The translations under genes were made by a program, and so were the position numbers. Positions 43,607-56,200 of a stretch of 64,000 bases of DNA are shown here, piece by piece; the first letter of the stretch is position 1; each line of letters starts with the position of its first letter. The stretch lies in the NCBI GenBank assembly GCA_964035575.1, contig OZ037837.1:248001-312000 (forward strand). The letters run 5' to 3'. The notes beneath the pieces were generated by a model. The model was not told the origin of the DNA, ran no database searches, and saw only the letters and a program-made list of their open reading frames with translations. Origin of the DNA: Rhynchopus sp. YZ270_cl-10. Its lineage: Eukaryota.

Positions 43607-45682
43607 CTAAAACACATTGTCGCGTTCCATGTTGTCCCGTGCCTCAAGCACCCGGTAACAACCCTTGTGTTGCACAAGAACATCTTCAAGTGCAGATGGC
43701 AGTGTTGTCCCTTCAGGAGGCTCGTACAGACACACAACCCCGTCACGCACAGCCTCCTCGCACAGCGCCCAACTCCGACGCACAACATCCCCCATCACAG
43801 TCACAAAGCGCTGGCTCCGTGCACCAACATCCCCGTGCTGCACAAGGCCGCTTGCAAGCCCAGACCCGTTCAGTGCAGACTTCACAGACATGCGCTGCAC
43901 AAACCGTATTGCGTTCTCCATGTGTGCAGGTGCAGAACGCGACACGTTCCACCCAACACACACACAGTTCCCAAGCAGCGTCACCAGACTCCCTCCACTC
44001 TGCTCCAGTGCCGTCGTCAGTGTCGTGAGTCGTGAGCTCATCTGGTGAAAGGCTATGTTTTCTCCCACGTCACCCACTGCAAGCTGTGCAACTCCCAGTG
44101 TGCCCGAGGTCTGACGTGTGGAGACTGCAATGTTGGTTGTGGATGAAACAGACGACGCACATGTGGAAAAACTCACTGTATGATTGGCAGTTGGTGAAGA
44201 AGACGTGTACTCGCAAAGTGGTGTTTCCCTTCGTCCCCCAAGTGAGACAGGCCACACACAGCACACCAACGTGTTCCCAGACACACCCTTCAAGTGAACT
44301 GCCTCTGGCACACCAGCAACAGCACTGCACGACCCAGAGACAGACGTCCACAGGTCAGAGGGAACAGACACAGCACCAGGTGTGCATGTGCTCTCAAGGC
44401 GTGATGCAACGTTCACTGTGTGTCCGAAGTAGTCTGTCCGTCCCGTCAGTGTGTTCTGCTCCACAGTCACAGGGCCAGTGTTCACACCAATGCGCACAGT
44501 CAGACCACCCCACAGCGACCCCTGACGAGAACAGATGGGTGCATCCTCAAGCAGAGATGCAGGCCAGTCTGCTTCGAAAAGACGTTCCTGCACACGCAAC
44601 CCAAACGCCACACCGTCAAAAGTGGATGCAAAGGCAATCATGAATGCGTCGCCAATGGTCTTCACCTCGTACCCACCACACATCCGCATCACATCACGCA
44701 TCACAGTGTTGTGGATCTGCAGTCCAGCACGCATCCCCTCAGGTGTGTTCTCCCAGATCGACGTTGACGCACGGATGTCTGTAAACACAATCGTTGCTGT
44801 CTCGCTGTCAAGCCCAGGCGGTGCCACAGTCGGCTGCTGCACACCGTCCTCATCCACCTCAAACAGCGCAGCAGGGAGGTACGGACGGTACTTCCGCAGG
44901 TTCTCCTCCAAGTTCCGCAGTGCTGCTGTCATCCCCTCAGGCAGGTCACCCTCATGCGCCTTCAGCAGCTCCGCCACCTGCTCCACGTCGTAGCCAGCCA
45001 GGAGTGCTGCAATTTCCTGCACAGCGTTGATCGTCCGCTCCATTGATGTCTGCTCCTTCAGGAGACCACGTGCAAAGCCTCGTGTTGCGATGAAGTCGAT
45101 GACAAACACACTCACAGCAACGAGGTGGAAGTTTATGCCTCTGCCGGAACAAGGGGGGCTTGTACACTGCTGTGCTTCGTCCCTGTAGGCTGCCCTCTCC
45201 TCCTGTGGAAGGATACCAGGGATGTCGAGGATGCCAAACCTGAACAATTCTTCTGCACCCATGACAACGAAGTACACCACTGAGACACAGACGACACACA
45301 TGCTGTAGCGTGCAGGCACCTCCATCACAAGGAGGAAGTCCACCACAAGCACGAGCAACGGCCATGCAGTGCTACCTATAGCACGGGCAGTGACGTCAGC
45401 ACCAAAAGTTCCAATAACGTAGCTGTAGGCGATGAACACTATTGCGGGTGTGGTCAGCTTGACTTTGCAGAGCACCAGTATAGTGGCGTAGATCGCAGTG
45501 CAGATTATGAACACAGTTGTGGTGCAATATAAGTACCTCCCTCGTGGGTTGACCCACGCTTCCAGTGTGCCAAGAGACATCAACAAGACTGCAATGTTCA
45601 AGACGAAGAACAACTTCCGCTTCCGCGTGTCCTTCTTGCCCAGTGTCCCATCCAGCGACAGCACAGCATCCAGACAGCGCAT
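43607..45682 (-). CDS. Multi-TM class III adenylate cyclase, copy 4
   Basis: Same motifs as copy 1. Confidence 0.92.
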   Translation of the reverse strand: MRCLDAVLSLDGTLGKKDTRKRKLFFVLNIAVLLMSLGTLEAWVNPRGRYLYCTTTVFIICTAIYATILVLCKVKLTTPAIVFIAYSYVIGTFGADVTARAIGSTAWPLLVLVVDFLLVMEVPARYSMCVVCVSVVYFVVMGAEELFRFGILDIPGILPQEERAAYRDEAQQCTSPPCSGRGINFHLVAVSVFVIDFIATRGFARGLLKEQTSMERTINAVQEIAALLAGYDVEQVAELLKAHEGDLPEGMTAALRNLEENLRKYRPYLPAALFEVDEDGVQQPTVAPPGLDSETATIVFTDIRASTSIWENTPEGMRAGLQIHNTVMRDVMRMCGGYEVKTIGDAFMIAFASTFDGVAFGLRVQERLFEADWPASLLEDAPICSRQGSLWGGLTVRIGVNTGPVTVEQNTLTGRTDYFGHTVNVASRLESTCTPGAVSVPSDLWTSVSGSCSAVAGVPEAVHLKGVSGNTLVCCVWPVSLGGRRETPLCEYTSSSPTANHTVSFSTCASSVSSTTNIAVSTRQTSGTLGVAQLAVGDVGENIAFHQMSSRLTTLTTALEQSGGSLVTLLGNCVCVGWNVSRSAPAHMENAIRFVQRMSVKSALNGSGLASGLVQHGDVGARSQRFVTVMGDVVRRSWALCEEAVRDGVVCLYEPPEGTTLPSALEDVLVQHKGCYRVLEARDNMERDNVF

Positions 45683-45867
45683 TGTGTTCGTGTGTTTTTG
45701 TTACAGCCGTATCTTAGGCAGAAGACACCCGGCACTAAGACCTGTGACTGTCCTGAACCGCGCCAGTACCGGTACGGGTGTTACCCGGTGCCCTCTTGTG
45801 GGGAACACTTGCAGCGGGTGTTGATGTCCACTATTGACACAGTTGGTGAGCAAGACCGAGGTAAATA

Positions 45868-46291
45868 CTTTAGTAGGGACTAAAGATAATTCCTCTGTAT
45901 TTTACTAAGGGAAAATCCCTAGTAAAATACAGGCAAAAATCCAGGTAAAAATCACTTTGTCTTGATTTTTAAGTAAAAATACAGGGTGCAACGAAACCAG
46001 AAAAAAACTTCGCCAATGGACGTTTCTGCGTTCCGAGCTTCCAACACAAAATTTTTGTATTTTTTTTTCGCGATTTTTTTTAACTTAGCACTGCATGTGC
46101 TTAGAAAACCCGAATTTTTTACCCTTCAAAATTGCATTTGAGGAACTCACAGCGCGTCAAAACGAAAAGGTCGTTTTTGGCACTTTTAAAACCGGGCTCC
46201 GCTGAGTTCACCATATTTTTGCTCGATTTATTTAGTGGAGTAACTAATTAGTAATCGCATTCTCGGACAAAAACTCGGGACGAGGTGTAAA
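45868..46291. mobile_element. ~420-bp AT-rich insertion upstream of cyclase copy 4
   Basis: Absent from the paralogous upstream regions near 42410 and 50020; no clear TIR pair. Confidence 0.55.
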
Positions 46292-47371
46292 AATATGATA
46301 ATTGCCTGGACGCAAGTGTGGAGTTAAAATTGTGACAAAAGAAGCACACAAACGGAAACGGCCCCTTGCCCAGCAGCAGAGTGAAACACCTGCTGTGTGG
46401 CACCAACAAATATAGGAAGAAGCAGGACTAGTGGCACGGCTGCCAAAAAGTACAGTATCCACGAAGCGCACTCCCAGATGCAGGGCGGGTACGGCGGTGA
46501 CAACAGAGTGCACAGTGTGCGTGAGGTGGCCAACCAGGGGGTTGTGCGTGGTGGAGTCAACGTCATGTACTTCGTAGGTCACAGTGATAAGTAACAGGAT
46601 CAATAAAACGGACATCTGTGTTTTGTCTTTTATTAGAGTTCCCTGAAAAGGGTGTACGAAAAGAGGTTGCACGGCAACCATGAATAAGGAAAAATAACTA
46701 AACTTGAAAAAGGGTGCAGAAAACAGGAAAAATCCGTACCAGAGCGAATGTTGATGACGAAAAGACTAAGTTTAAAATAAACGTGACGATACCTCCAAAC
46801 TCACACTGTGTTGTTTATTCTAAACACGTGGCAAAAAGAACGATACACAAAAATAGGGAGACACCCTGAGAGCTTTGAAGTGCTTATCTCGTCACGTACC
46901 CGCATCATGTTGGCAGTACGGTACTTAGAGGCTAAAGACGTAAGGTGTAATGCATAATGTGCAGCGGAGAGCAATCACGCAAGGTTCGCGGCGGACTTTG
47001 ACGTACAGAAAGAAAGCGCAAAAAATCTTAACGTACACTCTCTGTTGATTCTAAAACGGGGGAGGGTAAAAAAGGCGTGAAACGCCTTTTGCCCATTGGG
47101 GAAGAGGTTGAAAAGTTGGAACGCTTCCTCACCCCAGATCACCTACATTGAACTATATAAGATATGTAAGATTGAACTATATTTCACAAGTGTCATGTCA
47201 CCGAGAAAAAAAAAAGGTTTATCCGAAGACCCCGCGCCTATCGCAATTAGTAACCTTGATCACATTCATTATTGCGCATCAGGAGCGTAGGTTTGAATAA
47301 GTTTGTTCTTCGCGATGATGTCATTTCCCCGACTGGAATTAGTAATCTTGGGCCGAACGATGTCGTAATTC

Positions 47372-47516
47372 CTTGACAATCGCGGCCACTGTGGTGCAGT
47401 GTCCAGACACCTCCTGTACAGGCACTGCACCCGCATCGACGTCAAGTGGAAACAGAGGGAACTTCGTCGGCAGATACACCTCCTGCACTACATTCTGTGC
47501 GGTGTGCTGGGGTAAG
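47372..47516 (-). pseudogene. Fragment of the SGNH esterase gene
   Basis: LPQHTAQNVVQEVYLPT...HCTTVAA nearly identical to ~35740-35880; no start or remainder. Confidence 0.8.
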
Positions 47517-47813
47517 CAAAGAATCCTCGAAATCACTGCGCACTGGCTACTAGGCAGTGTTAACATCCCTTGCATGCGCAACCTGAGTGTACGCATGGGG
47601 TGATTACTCCTTTCTGGAAAACGCTACAAAAGTAAACCCACCCTGTCCTTCCCCTCACACCTAATAATAACCGTCCGTCCTGTAAAGAACGTCTGGACTT
47701 CGCAGACAGAAGTAACTAACACAGTGTGTGAAGAAAACGTTCCCAATAAATCACTCACTTTACACAATATGAGAGCTTGCAACCGTACAGAAGCAACAGT
47801 TGTAAGAGCACAA

Positions 47814-49886
47814 CTAAAACACATTGTGTCTGCTGTTGTCCTGTGCCTCAAGCACCCGGTAACAACCCTTGTGTTGCACAAGAACGTCTTCAAGTGCAGA
47901 CGGCAGTGTTGTCCCTTCAGGAGGCTCGTACAGACACACAACCCCGTCACGCACAGCCTCCTCGCACAGCGCCCAACTCCGACGCACAACATCCCCCATC
48001 ACAGTCACAAAGCGCTGGCTCCGTGCACCAACATCCCCGTGCTGCACAAGGCCGCTTGCAAGCCCAGCACCGTTCAGTGCAGACTTCACAGACATGCGCT
48101 GCACAAACCGTATCGCGTTCTCCATGTGTGCAGGTGCAGAACGCGACACGTTCCACCCAACACACACACAGTTCCCAAGCAGCGTCACCAGACTCCCTCC
48201 ACTCTGCTCCAGTGCCGTCGTCAGTGTCGTGAGTCGTGAGTTCATCTGGTGAAAGGCTATGTTTTCTCCCACGTCACCAACTGCAAGCTGTGCAACTCCC
48301 AGTGTGCCCGAGGTCTGACGTGTGGAGACTGACAGGTTGTTTGTGGATGAAACAGACGATGCACATGTGGAAAAACTCATTGTATGATTGGCAGTTGGTG
48401 ACGAAGACGTGTACTCGCAAAGTGGTGTTTCCCTTCGTCCCCCAAGTGAGACAGGCCACACACAGCACATCAACGTGTTCCCAGACACACCCTTCAAGTG
48501 AACTGCCTCTGGCACACCAGCAACAGCACTGCACGACTCAGAGACAGACGTCCACAGGTCAGAGGGAACAGCCACAGCACCAGGTGTGCATGTGCTCTCA
48601 AGGCGTGATGCAACGTTCACTGTGTGTCCGAAGTAGTCTGCCCGTCCCGTCAGTGTGTTCTGCTCCACAGTCACAGGGCCAGTGTTCACACCAATGCGCA
48701 CAGTCAGACCACCCCACAGCGACCCCTGACGAGAACAGATGGGTGCATCCTCAATCAGAGATGCAGGCCAGTCTGCTTCGAAAAGACGTTCCTGCACACG
48801 CAACCCAAACGCCACACCGTCGAAAGTGGATGCAAAGGCAATCATGAATGCGTCGCCAATGGTCTTCACCTCGTACCCACCACACATCCGCATCACCTCA
48901 CGCATCACTGTGTTGTGGATCTGCAGTCCAGCACGCATCCCCTCAGGTGTGTTCTCCCAGATCGACGTTGACGCACGGATGTCTGTGAACACAATCGTTG
49001 CTGTCTTGCTGTCAAGCCCAGGCGGTGCCACAGTCGGCTGCTGCACACCGTCCTCATCCACCTCAAACAGCGCAGCAGGGAGGTACGGACGGTACTTCCG
49101 CAGGTTCTCCTCCAAGTTCCGCAGTGCTGCTGTCATCCCCTCAGGCAGGTCACCCTCATGCGCCTTCAGCAGCTCCGCCACCTGCTCCACGTCGTAGCCA
49201 GCCAGGAGTGCTGCAATTTCCTGCACAGCGTTGATCGTCCGCTCCATTGATGTCTGCTCCTTCAGGAGACCACGTGCAAAGCCTCGTGTTGCGATGAAGT
49301 CGATGACAAACACACTCACAGCCAGGAGATTGAGGTTCAGGCCTCTGGTGGGGCAGGGGAGGTCTGTACACTGCTGTGCTTCGTCCCTGTAGGCTGCCCT
49401 CTCCTCCTGTGGCATGATACCAGGGATGTCGAGGATGCCAAACCTGAACAATTCTTCCAAACCCATGACAACGAAGTACACCACTGCGACACAGACGATG
49501 CACATGCTGTGGCGTGTGGGCACCTCCATCACAAGGAGGAAGTCCACCACAAGCACTAGTAACGGCCATGCAGTATTCCCTACAGCACGGGTGGTGATGT
49601 CACCACCGAAGGTTCCAAGAGCGTATACGTAAGAGATGAACACTATTGCGGGTGTGGTCAGCTTGACTTTGCAGAGCACCAGTATAGTGGCGTAGATGGC
49701 CGCACAGAGTGCAATGACACTTGTGACAAAATTTATGTACAGCCCGTTTACGTGAACCCACGATCTCCAATTGCCAAGCATCAGCAGCATCCCAGTCGCG
49801 TTAAAGACGAAGAACATCGTCCGCTTCTGTGTGTCCTTCTTGCCCAGTGTCCCATCCAGCGACAGCACAGCATCCAGACAGCGCAT
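47814..49886 (-). CDS. Multi-TM class III adenylate cyclase, copy 5
   Basis: Same motifs as copy 1; start at shared MRCLDAV. Confidence 0.92.
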   Translation of the reverse strand: MRCLDAVLSLDGTLGKKDTQKRTMFFVFNATGMLLMLGNWRSWVHVNGLYINFVTSVIALCAAIYATILVLCKVKLTTPAIVFISYVYALGTFGGDITTRAVGNTAWPLLVLVVDFLLVMEVPTRHSMCIVCVAVVYFVVMGLEELFRFGILDIPGIMPQEERAAYRDEAQQCTDLPCPTRGLNLNLLAVSVFVIDFIATRGFARGLLKEQTSMERTINAVQEIAALLAGYDVEQVAELLKAHEGDLPEGMTAALRNLEENLRKYRPYLPAALFEVDEDGVQQPTVAPPGLDSKTATIVFTDIRASTSIWENTPEGMRAGLQIHNTVMREVMRMCGGYEVKTIGDAFMIAFASTFDGVAFGLRVQERLFEADWPASLIEDAPICSRQGSLWGGLTVRIGVNTGPVTVEQNTLTGRADYFGHTVNVASRLESTCTPGAVAVPSDLWTSVSESCSAVAGVPEAVHLKGVSGNTLMCCVWPVSLGGRRETPLCEYTSSSPTANHTMSFSTCASSVSSTNNLSVSTRQTSGTLGVAQLAVGDVGENIAFHQMNSRLTTLTTALEQSGGSLVTLLGNCVCVGWNVSRSAPAHMENAIRFVQRMSVKSALNGAGLASGLVQHGDVGARSQRFVTVMGDVVRRSWALCEEAVRDGVVCLYEPPEGTTLPSALEDVLVQHKGCYRVLEAQDNSRHNVF

Positions 49887-51768
49887 TGTGTTCGTGTGTT
49901 CTTGTGGGTACAGCCGTCTGTTACACAGATGACACCCGGCACCAAGACCTGTGACTGTGTAAAATATCTGTCCTGCAGGTGTTGATGTTTCTTCTGGCAC
50001 AGTCACCGAGCAAGACCAAGGCAAATATTGGAAATATGATAATTGCCTAGACGCAGGTGTGAAGTTAAAATAGTGACAAAAAAAAGCACTTGCCCACAGC
50101 AGAGTGAAACACCTGCTGTGTAGTACACGAACGAATGAAGCAAGAAGCAGGACCAGTGGCACGGCTGCCAAAAAAGTACCAGTAGTCAGCGTCACGTACT
50201 TCGTAGGTCACAGTGATAAGTAACAGGATCAATAAAACAGGCATCTGTCTTTTGTCATTTATTAGAGTTCCCTGAAAAGGGTGTACGAAAAGAGGTTGCA
50301 CGGCAACCATGAATAAGAAAAAATAACTAAACTTGAAAAGAGGTGCAGAAAAACAGGAAAAAGCCGTACCAGAGCGAATGTTGATGACGAAAAAGACTTA
50401 GTTTAAAGGAAGTAAAGAAAAGTTCATCCCATGCGGCTGAGCCTCAATATAACCTCTCTGGGCATCGAGTACGTACCGGGCTTTGCAAATCCCATATATT
50501 ACCCGGGTTTATTTTACCCGGTCACGGTGGTACTGATGAAAGATGTAAAATATGTAGAGATTATAATAAGACGTAATACGCGACGTGAATGATGTGCAGA
50601 GAGCAATCACGCAAAGATCGCGGTGGATTTTGATGTACATAAAATAAAAAGAGAAGTCGAAACTGCACTCACTATACATGCATCAGCGTTTGCGGGGGGT
50701 GGGGGCAACCACTTCGTTATCGAACCCCCTCAGAGAGCCTTTCATATGATTTATAAACAAAAATGCTGTTTCTTTTGTTGCTGTTCGACAAGCACACACC
50801 CCCCGACGTCGTTTCTTTCTCTCTCGTTGTCATCATGCGGTTCATGCAGGGATATGTGTCTGCCTGATGTTCACTTACAACCCTACAGTGACACCAGCCA
50901 CCTCGGGACAAGGTTATCTTCTGTTCCACGTAGTTCTATTTCCCATATGCCCTGAGAGGTGGGTTGATTAGAAAATCTAACAGCGTTAACTGAGTGTGAA
51001 ACAAGCGCTATTTCTGTGGGTCGTTTTTCGAAAAGGCTTCCCTCCGCTCCTAGAACAGGGCGAGAGATGGTTACCTAAAAACAATAAAATGACAACCAGC
51101 TGGCCGAGGGGTACACGGAAGGGGGGTAAGAAAAAAAGTACAGGGGTGGGAAAGGTTCGTCAACGCAAATGACAGTGTATAGGCCCCGCTGCAAGGGACA
51201 CACATAATATTGTTTAAAAACAAATGCGGCAAAAAAAAAAAAAATAACTCTGATAGGTAATCGTTGCTCAACCCTGTTGGAGGGGGTGGTGATTGCCGAC
51301 CGTATCTGAGGAACTATTTTTCCTTTAAGCTTGTAGGTCTAAATTAAAATAGACCTTGCATGCAATTTGCGGAAAAGCGTCTTGGTTCGTGGGTGACAGA
51401 GAAAATGCCACCGACGACAAAGATAAAAGGAAAAAAAGGGAGGTTGAAAAAGTGCAAAAACGCCTCACCGTTCATCGGCGGACGTCAGGCACTCTTTAAA
51501 ACAAAAAGAAGAAATAAACGGAAATAAACGTTTTGCTTTGCATAGATGAGCCTGAGCCTCGCTGTGCTGTTGTCTTGAAAGATAACAGCTACTTTGTCAT
51601 AGTTCTTCATTTTGACAAATCTTTTATTGTAACACCAAGCTCAGATCTCAAATAGTTTGGGTGAGGCCTGACATTTGAGACAAAAAAAAACAACAAAACA
51701 GACTTCTGAACAAACGACAAAAACAAACAAACAAAACAAACGAAAAAATTTAGCACCCCCCCCCCGTA

Positions 51769-53154
51769 GGGGGTCGCATTGTCCTCACAAAAAGTGAAAT
51801 AAAAATTTTTTGCAACATAGAAACTCGTTTCCCGTGGAAAACTAGACACATACCCACCCCAAAAATGTTCGGAGGATCCAATGAAACCATTTTTTTACAC
51901 TTTGGTGGGCTCAGAAATACCAAAAATGGGGAAAATTAGTGAAAAATGGACTTTTCCCCCAAAATGGGCAAAAGTGGTTTTTTAGCAAAAAAATTGATTT
52001 TTTTGGATCACCAGAGGTCTATTTTGGTGACTCTCTGGTGCAAATCGGGTCCCAGGGGTCCTGTGGACCTGATTTCAACGACTAACAGACTTCTAGACCA
52101 CTTACAAATGATTTTTTTTGAATTTTGGAGTCAAAAAAAGTGCCTGTCCAGTGCTTGTCCGGTGCCTGTCCTCTCCGTGACTTTGCCCATGACCATCACA
52201 TAAAGTAGGGTATGGTACAAATTTGGGTACATACCCCCCCCAAAAAATGGTCCGCGGACCCAACGGAACCGGTTTTTTACCCTTTGGAGGACTTAGAAGC
52301 ACCAGAAATGGGGAAAAGGAGTGAAAATTTGCCCTCCCCCCCCAGAGAGGGGGGTAGGGGCGGTTGTGGGCTAAAAAATGCCAAATTAGGGCTGCCAGAG
52401 GCCTCTTGGGGCCACTCTCCTGTGGAAATCGTACTCCTGGGGGTCCTGTGGGCCTGGTTTCGACGAGCTGCACCCTTTTGGGCCCCTCGAACCGATCTTG
52501 GTTTGAAATATTGAGTCGAATATGACCCGCTGAGCCCGTCTGTATGCGTGTAAAACACCCCCCTCCCCCCTCCCCCCTCCCCCCTCCCCTCACTGCCCAA
52601 CTTCTCCTCCTCTGTCAAGCGTAACAAATATAAAACGACCTCCCCCTTACAAAAAGCGTCTGGGAATGCTGCCGAGTTCGTGAGGAGGTTCGTGGATGGG
52701 GAGCGGATCAAGGGCGTATGCATGGCGTGTTCTGATGAAGTGATTCAGTTGCGCAGCAACATGTACGGCTGTGGGGGGAGGCAGAAAATGCCAAATTAGG
52801 GACGCCAGAGGCCTCTTGGGGTCACTCTCCGGTGTAAATCGTACTCCTGGGGGTCCTGTGGGCCTGATTTCGACGAGCTGCACCCTTTTGGACCCTTCGA
52901 ACCGATCTTGGTTTGAATTATTTAGTCAAATATGTCAAATTCCTCCAATCATAGGCTGTATACAGTACAAAAACATGAAAACACCAATAACAACGCATTT
53001 TTTTTTCGTTTTTTCACGTTTTTTGTCGCAAAACCCCCCAAAAACCCCCGGAAACCCATTTTTGGGGTGGCACAGGGTGTGGGTCACCACTGAAATGGCC
53101 CACCGGCGAAAAAATAATAAAAATTACATAAAAACGTTAGCCAATGCGACCCTC
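51769..53154. mobile_element. Probable non-autonomous TIR element (~1.39 kb)
   Basis: TA-GGGGGTCGCATTG ... CAATGCGACCCTC-TA (13-bp TIR, 1 mismatch); internal ~135-bp repeats near 52375 and 52785 and a partial one near 52010. Confidence 0.6.
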
Positions 53155-53254
53155 TAACCCCCCCCCGAGTTTTCAGACAAAACAAAATATACTACAATGT
53201 GTTTGCCTCCCTCCACCCCCCTCCCACTTTGCCTCTTTCCCAACCCCACGCCTT

Positions 53255-56200
53255 TCACTTCTGCAGCATGATCATAGGCATGGTAGGAACACTATGCAGT
53301 GGCGACGTCACAGGCGTGACGTGGGAGGGTGTGTGCCAGACACGATGGTCACCAGGACTGCTTCCTGAAGGCGAACCCAGCGGCGACGTGGGCGAACCAC
53401 CCCAGCTACGCCGTCTTGCGTGCCTCGGTGGGGGCGAGACCCCGAGAAGGGGGAGGCCAACGGGAACTGGGGAGCGGGGAGATCTGGGGAGCCCAGGGGA
53501 GCCGCAGAGGGAGCGTGGTGTGCGTCTGCGTGCTGCCGCAGGCACACAGGAGAGACCGGGGCAGAGCGGGGAGGTTGGGGAGCGGTTCCCGCTGTGGCTC
53601 GCACCCACCACGAGGCTACTGTTCCGCAGACGTGACGGCGGCGTGATGTGACCGTTCCTCGCAGTTCTTCTCTGTTCCAAAGTGTTTCTGCGTGCACGAC
53701 GCCCTGTGAACATATCAGGGCTCCCCAAAGCTGATTCACACGAAGAAGAAAGCTCACCCTCCGACTGCACCGTGCGGAGTGTAGGTACATCGAGCGGATG
53801 CGTCTTGCGCCGTGCGGCTATATCACGCGGCGGCTCGACAGGGCAGCCAGGGTGCTGCTGTGTGCTTGCCTGCCGACGTACATTGTTCTCAAGATTGTCG
53901 GAACTAAACGTTGGCGAAAAATCCTCCAAAGAACACTCACTTTTAACACTATTCTTCAACGCACAAAGCTCAAGACTTCCCTCCAACCCTTGCAGACGTA
54001 GTGAAAAATTGGGCAACGATTCGGTAGTATGAGTGTGAGACATTTCTAGTCGTTCTTGCCCAGCCCATTCTTCCTCCTGCAGACGTACACGCACACGGCT
54101 GCACAACACTACGATTTCGGTGGCTCCGTCCATCAGGCCCTTCAGCACCAAAGCAAACATCGCAACTAGGAGAAGCGTGTTCCCTATGTCGAAGACCCAG
54201 GCGTCAGGGTTGTTTGTGTAGTACCCTGCTGCTGTCAGGAGCATGGCGACACATTGGAGGGTCAGGATCACAATGCCAAGGAAGTTGTCGCGGGGGCGTA
54301 CGTGGGGGCGTATAGTGAACATCAGGAGGAGGTGGAGGAAGAGGACCACTGCGCCGGCAAGGCGTTCATGCCCGCACGCAGCCATGTTCGGCGTATCCAT
54401 AGATTGCGTCGCGGCAAGCGCAAAGCTAGAGGCAAATTCGACGCACGACCACCATACACTCCTCGGGCGGTACCGACGCATGACTGACGCGTATCGGAAC
54501 ACCCAATGGCAGTCGCGGCACAACGATACCCACTCACCCGGACCCGCAAAGTGCTTCATAAACCAGCCCCGCGAAGGGTCGCGGACATACCGTGCACGGT
54601 GCACCTCGCAGTGCAATACTCGAAACAAATAGAGGGGTACACACAGACACACCAACACAGTGATCGTTCCCATCAGAAAGAGTGCAGCATCTTCCGCCTG
54701 AACAAGAAGTATGGTGCCAGCGAAGGCAGACCCCTGGTAGAGCACAACAAAGATGAAGAGGGGTATCGAAGGGAAGCGAGCCGCTGCTCGGATGTCGGCG
54801 ATTTTGTGTGCAAACAGACCGGTTGCCCCCGCGATGGCAATAAGCAGGACGCTTGCAAGGGTGACGAAGACGATGATGCTCATGTTCCCCACTACCGCCC
54901 CGCCAGCACTGCTCCCCTTTACCCGGAAGCGTGTCGGGTGCAGAGGCACCGGGATCTCCTTCTCGCCAGTCAAAATGCAATCCTGCGCAAGCAGCACAAT
55001 CTGCGTCGCAGCTCCAGCATTCGCCGCACCCGTCACGACAACGACAGCGGCAGTGACACCGCCAGATGTCTGCATTGCACCGTTCGTAGCAACCTTCTGC
55101 AGAGGAGCAGGTGTCACGTCGTGTGTGCCGTTCAGGGGTGCCTCGGTCGGTATGGGCGGTGTAGGTGTGTCCGGCATCAGTGTAGGTGGCACTGCTGTCG
55201 GTGGAGATGCTGTCAGTGGTGCAGGTGTTGGTGGGTGTGGTGTGAGCGGTGGCAGCGTTGGTGGTGCAGGTGTCAGTGGTGCAGGAGTAGGTGGCAGCGA
55301 TGTGGGTGGCGCAACGGTTGGTGGTGCCGGCGTTTGCGGTGACGGTGTCAGTGGTGCTGGTGTCGGTGGGGACACAGTCGCGGGAAACGGTGTAGGTGGA
55401 GCCACTGTCAATGGTGCAGGTGTCGGGGGCGATGGTGTTGGTGGTGATGGTGTGGGTGGCGCAACTGTTGGTGGAGACGGAGTCGGTGGTGCAGGTGTCG
55501 GGGGCGACGGTGTAAGTGGTGCTGGTGTGGGTGGCGCAACTGTCGGTGGCGATGGTGTTGGCGGTGATGGTGTAGGTGGGGACACTGTCAATGGTGCAGG
55601 TGTAGGGGGAGACGGTGTTGGTGGTGATGGTGTAAGTGGTGCTGGTGTGGGTGGCGCAACTGTTGGTGGAGACGGTGTCGGGGGCGATGGTGTTGGAGGT
55701 GATGGTGTCGGTGGGGACACTGTGGCAGGAAACGGTGTAGGCGGAGCCACTGTAGGTGGAAAAGGTGTTGCTGGTGCCGGTGTGGGTGGTGCTGGTGTAG
55801 GTGGCGCGGGTGTTGGTGGCGCCAGTGTCAACGGTGCTGGTGTGGGTGGTGCTGGCGTAGGCGGTGCTGGTGTTGGGACGTTCTCGAAGTACGCGACCTT
55901 GAGGAAGGAGATACAGTCGATGGTATCGCAGGCGCTGTCCTCACGGTACCAGCCCACGACGAAGGTGTCCTCAGGGCCGTCACAAAAACCTGTGTTCCCT
56001 GTCGCCATGCACGTGCGCACGTCTGCGTAGCCAACATCCGCACGCACAAGCACCTCTGCCTGCGTACGCAGCTTGCAGCAGCGGATCTGATGCAGGCAGC
56101 TGATGCCGTCGCACGCCGCGTTGCCCAGTGTGTTCCACCCACGCATGACTTCGTCCACACCGGGACACTCCGCCCAGCCACGGTCCACAAAGCTTGGGTA

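Noticed and set aside
52510..52780. GC-richer coding-like patch inside the TIR element
   Set aside because: Too short and no recognisable motif.
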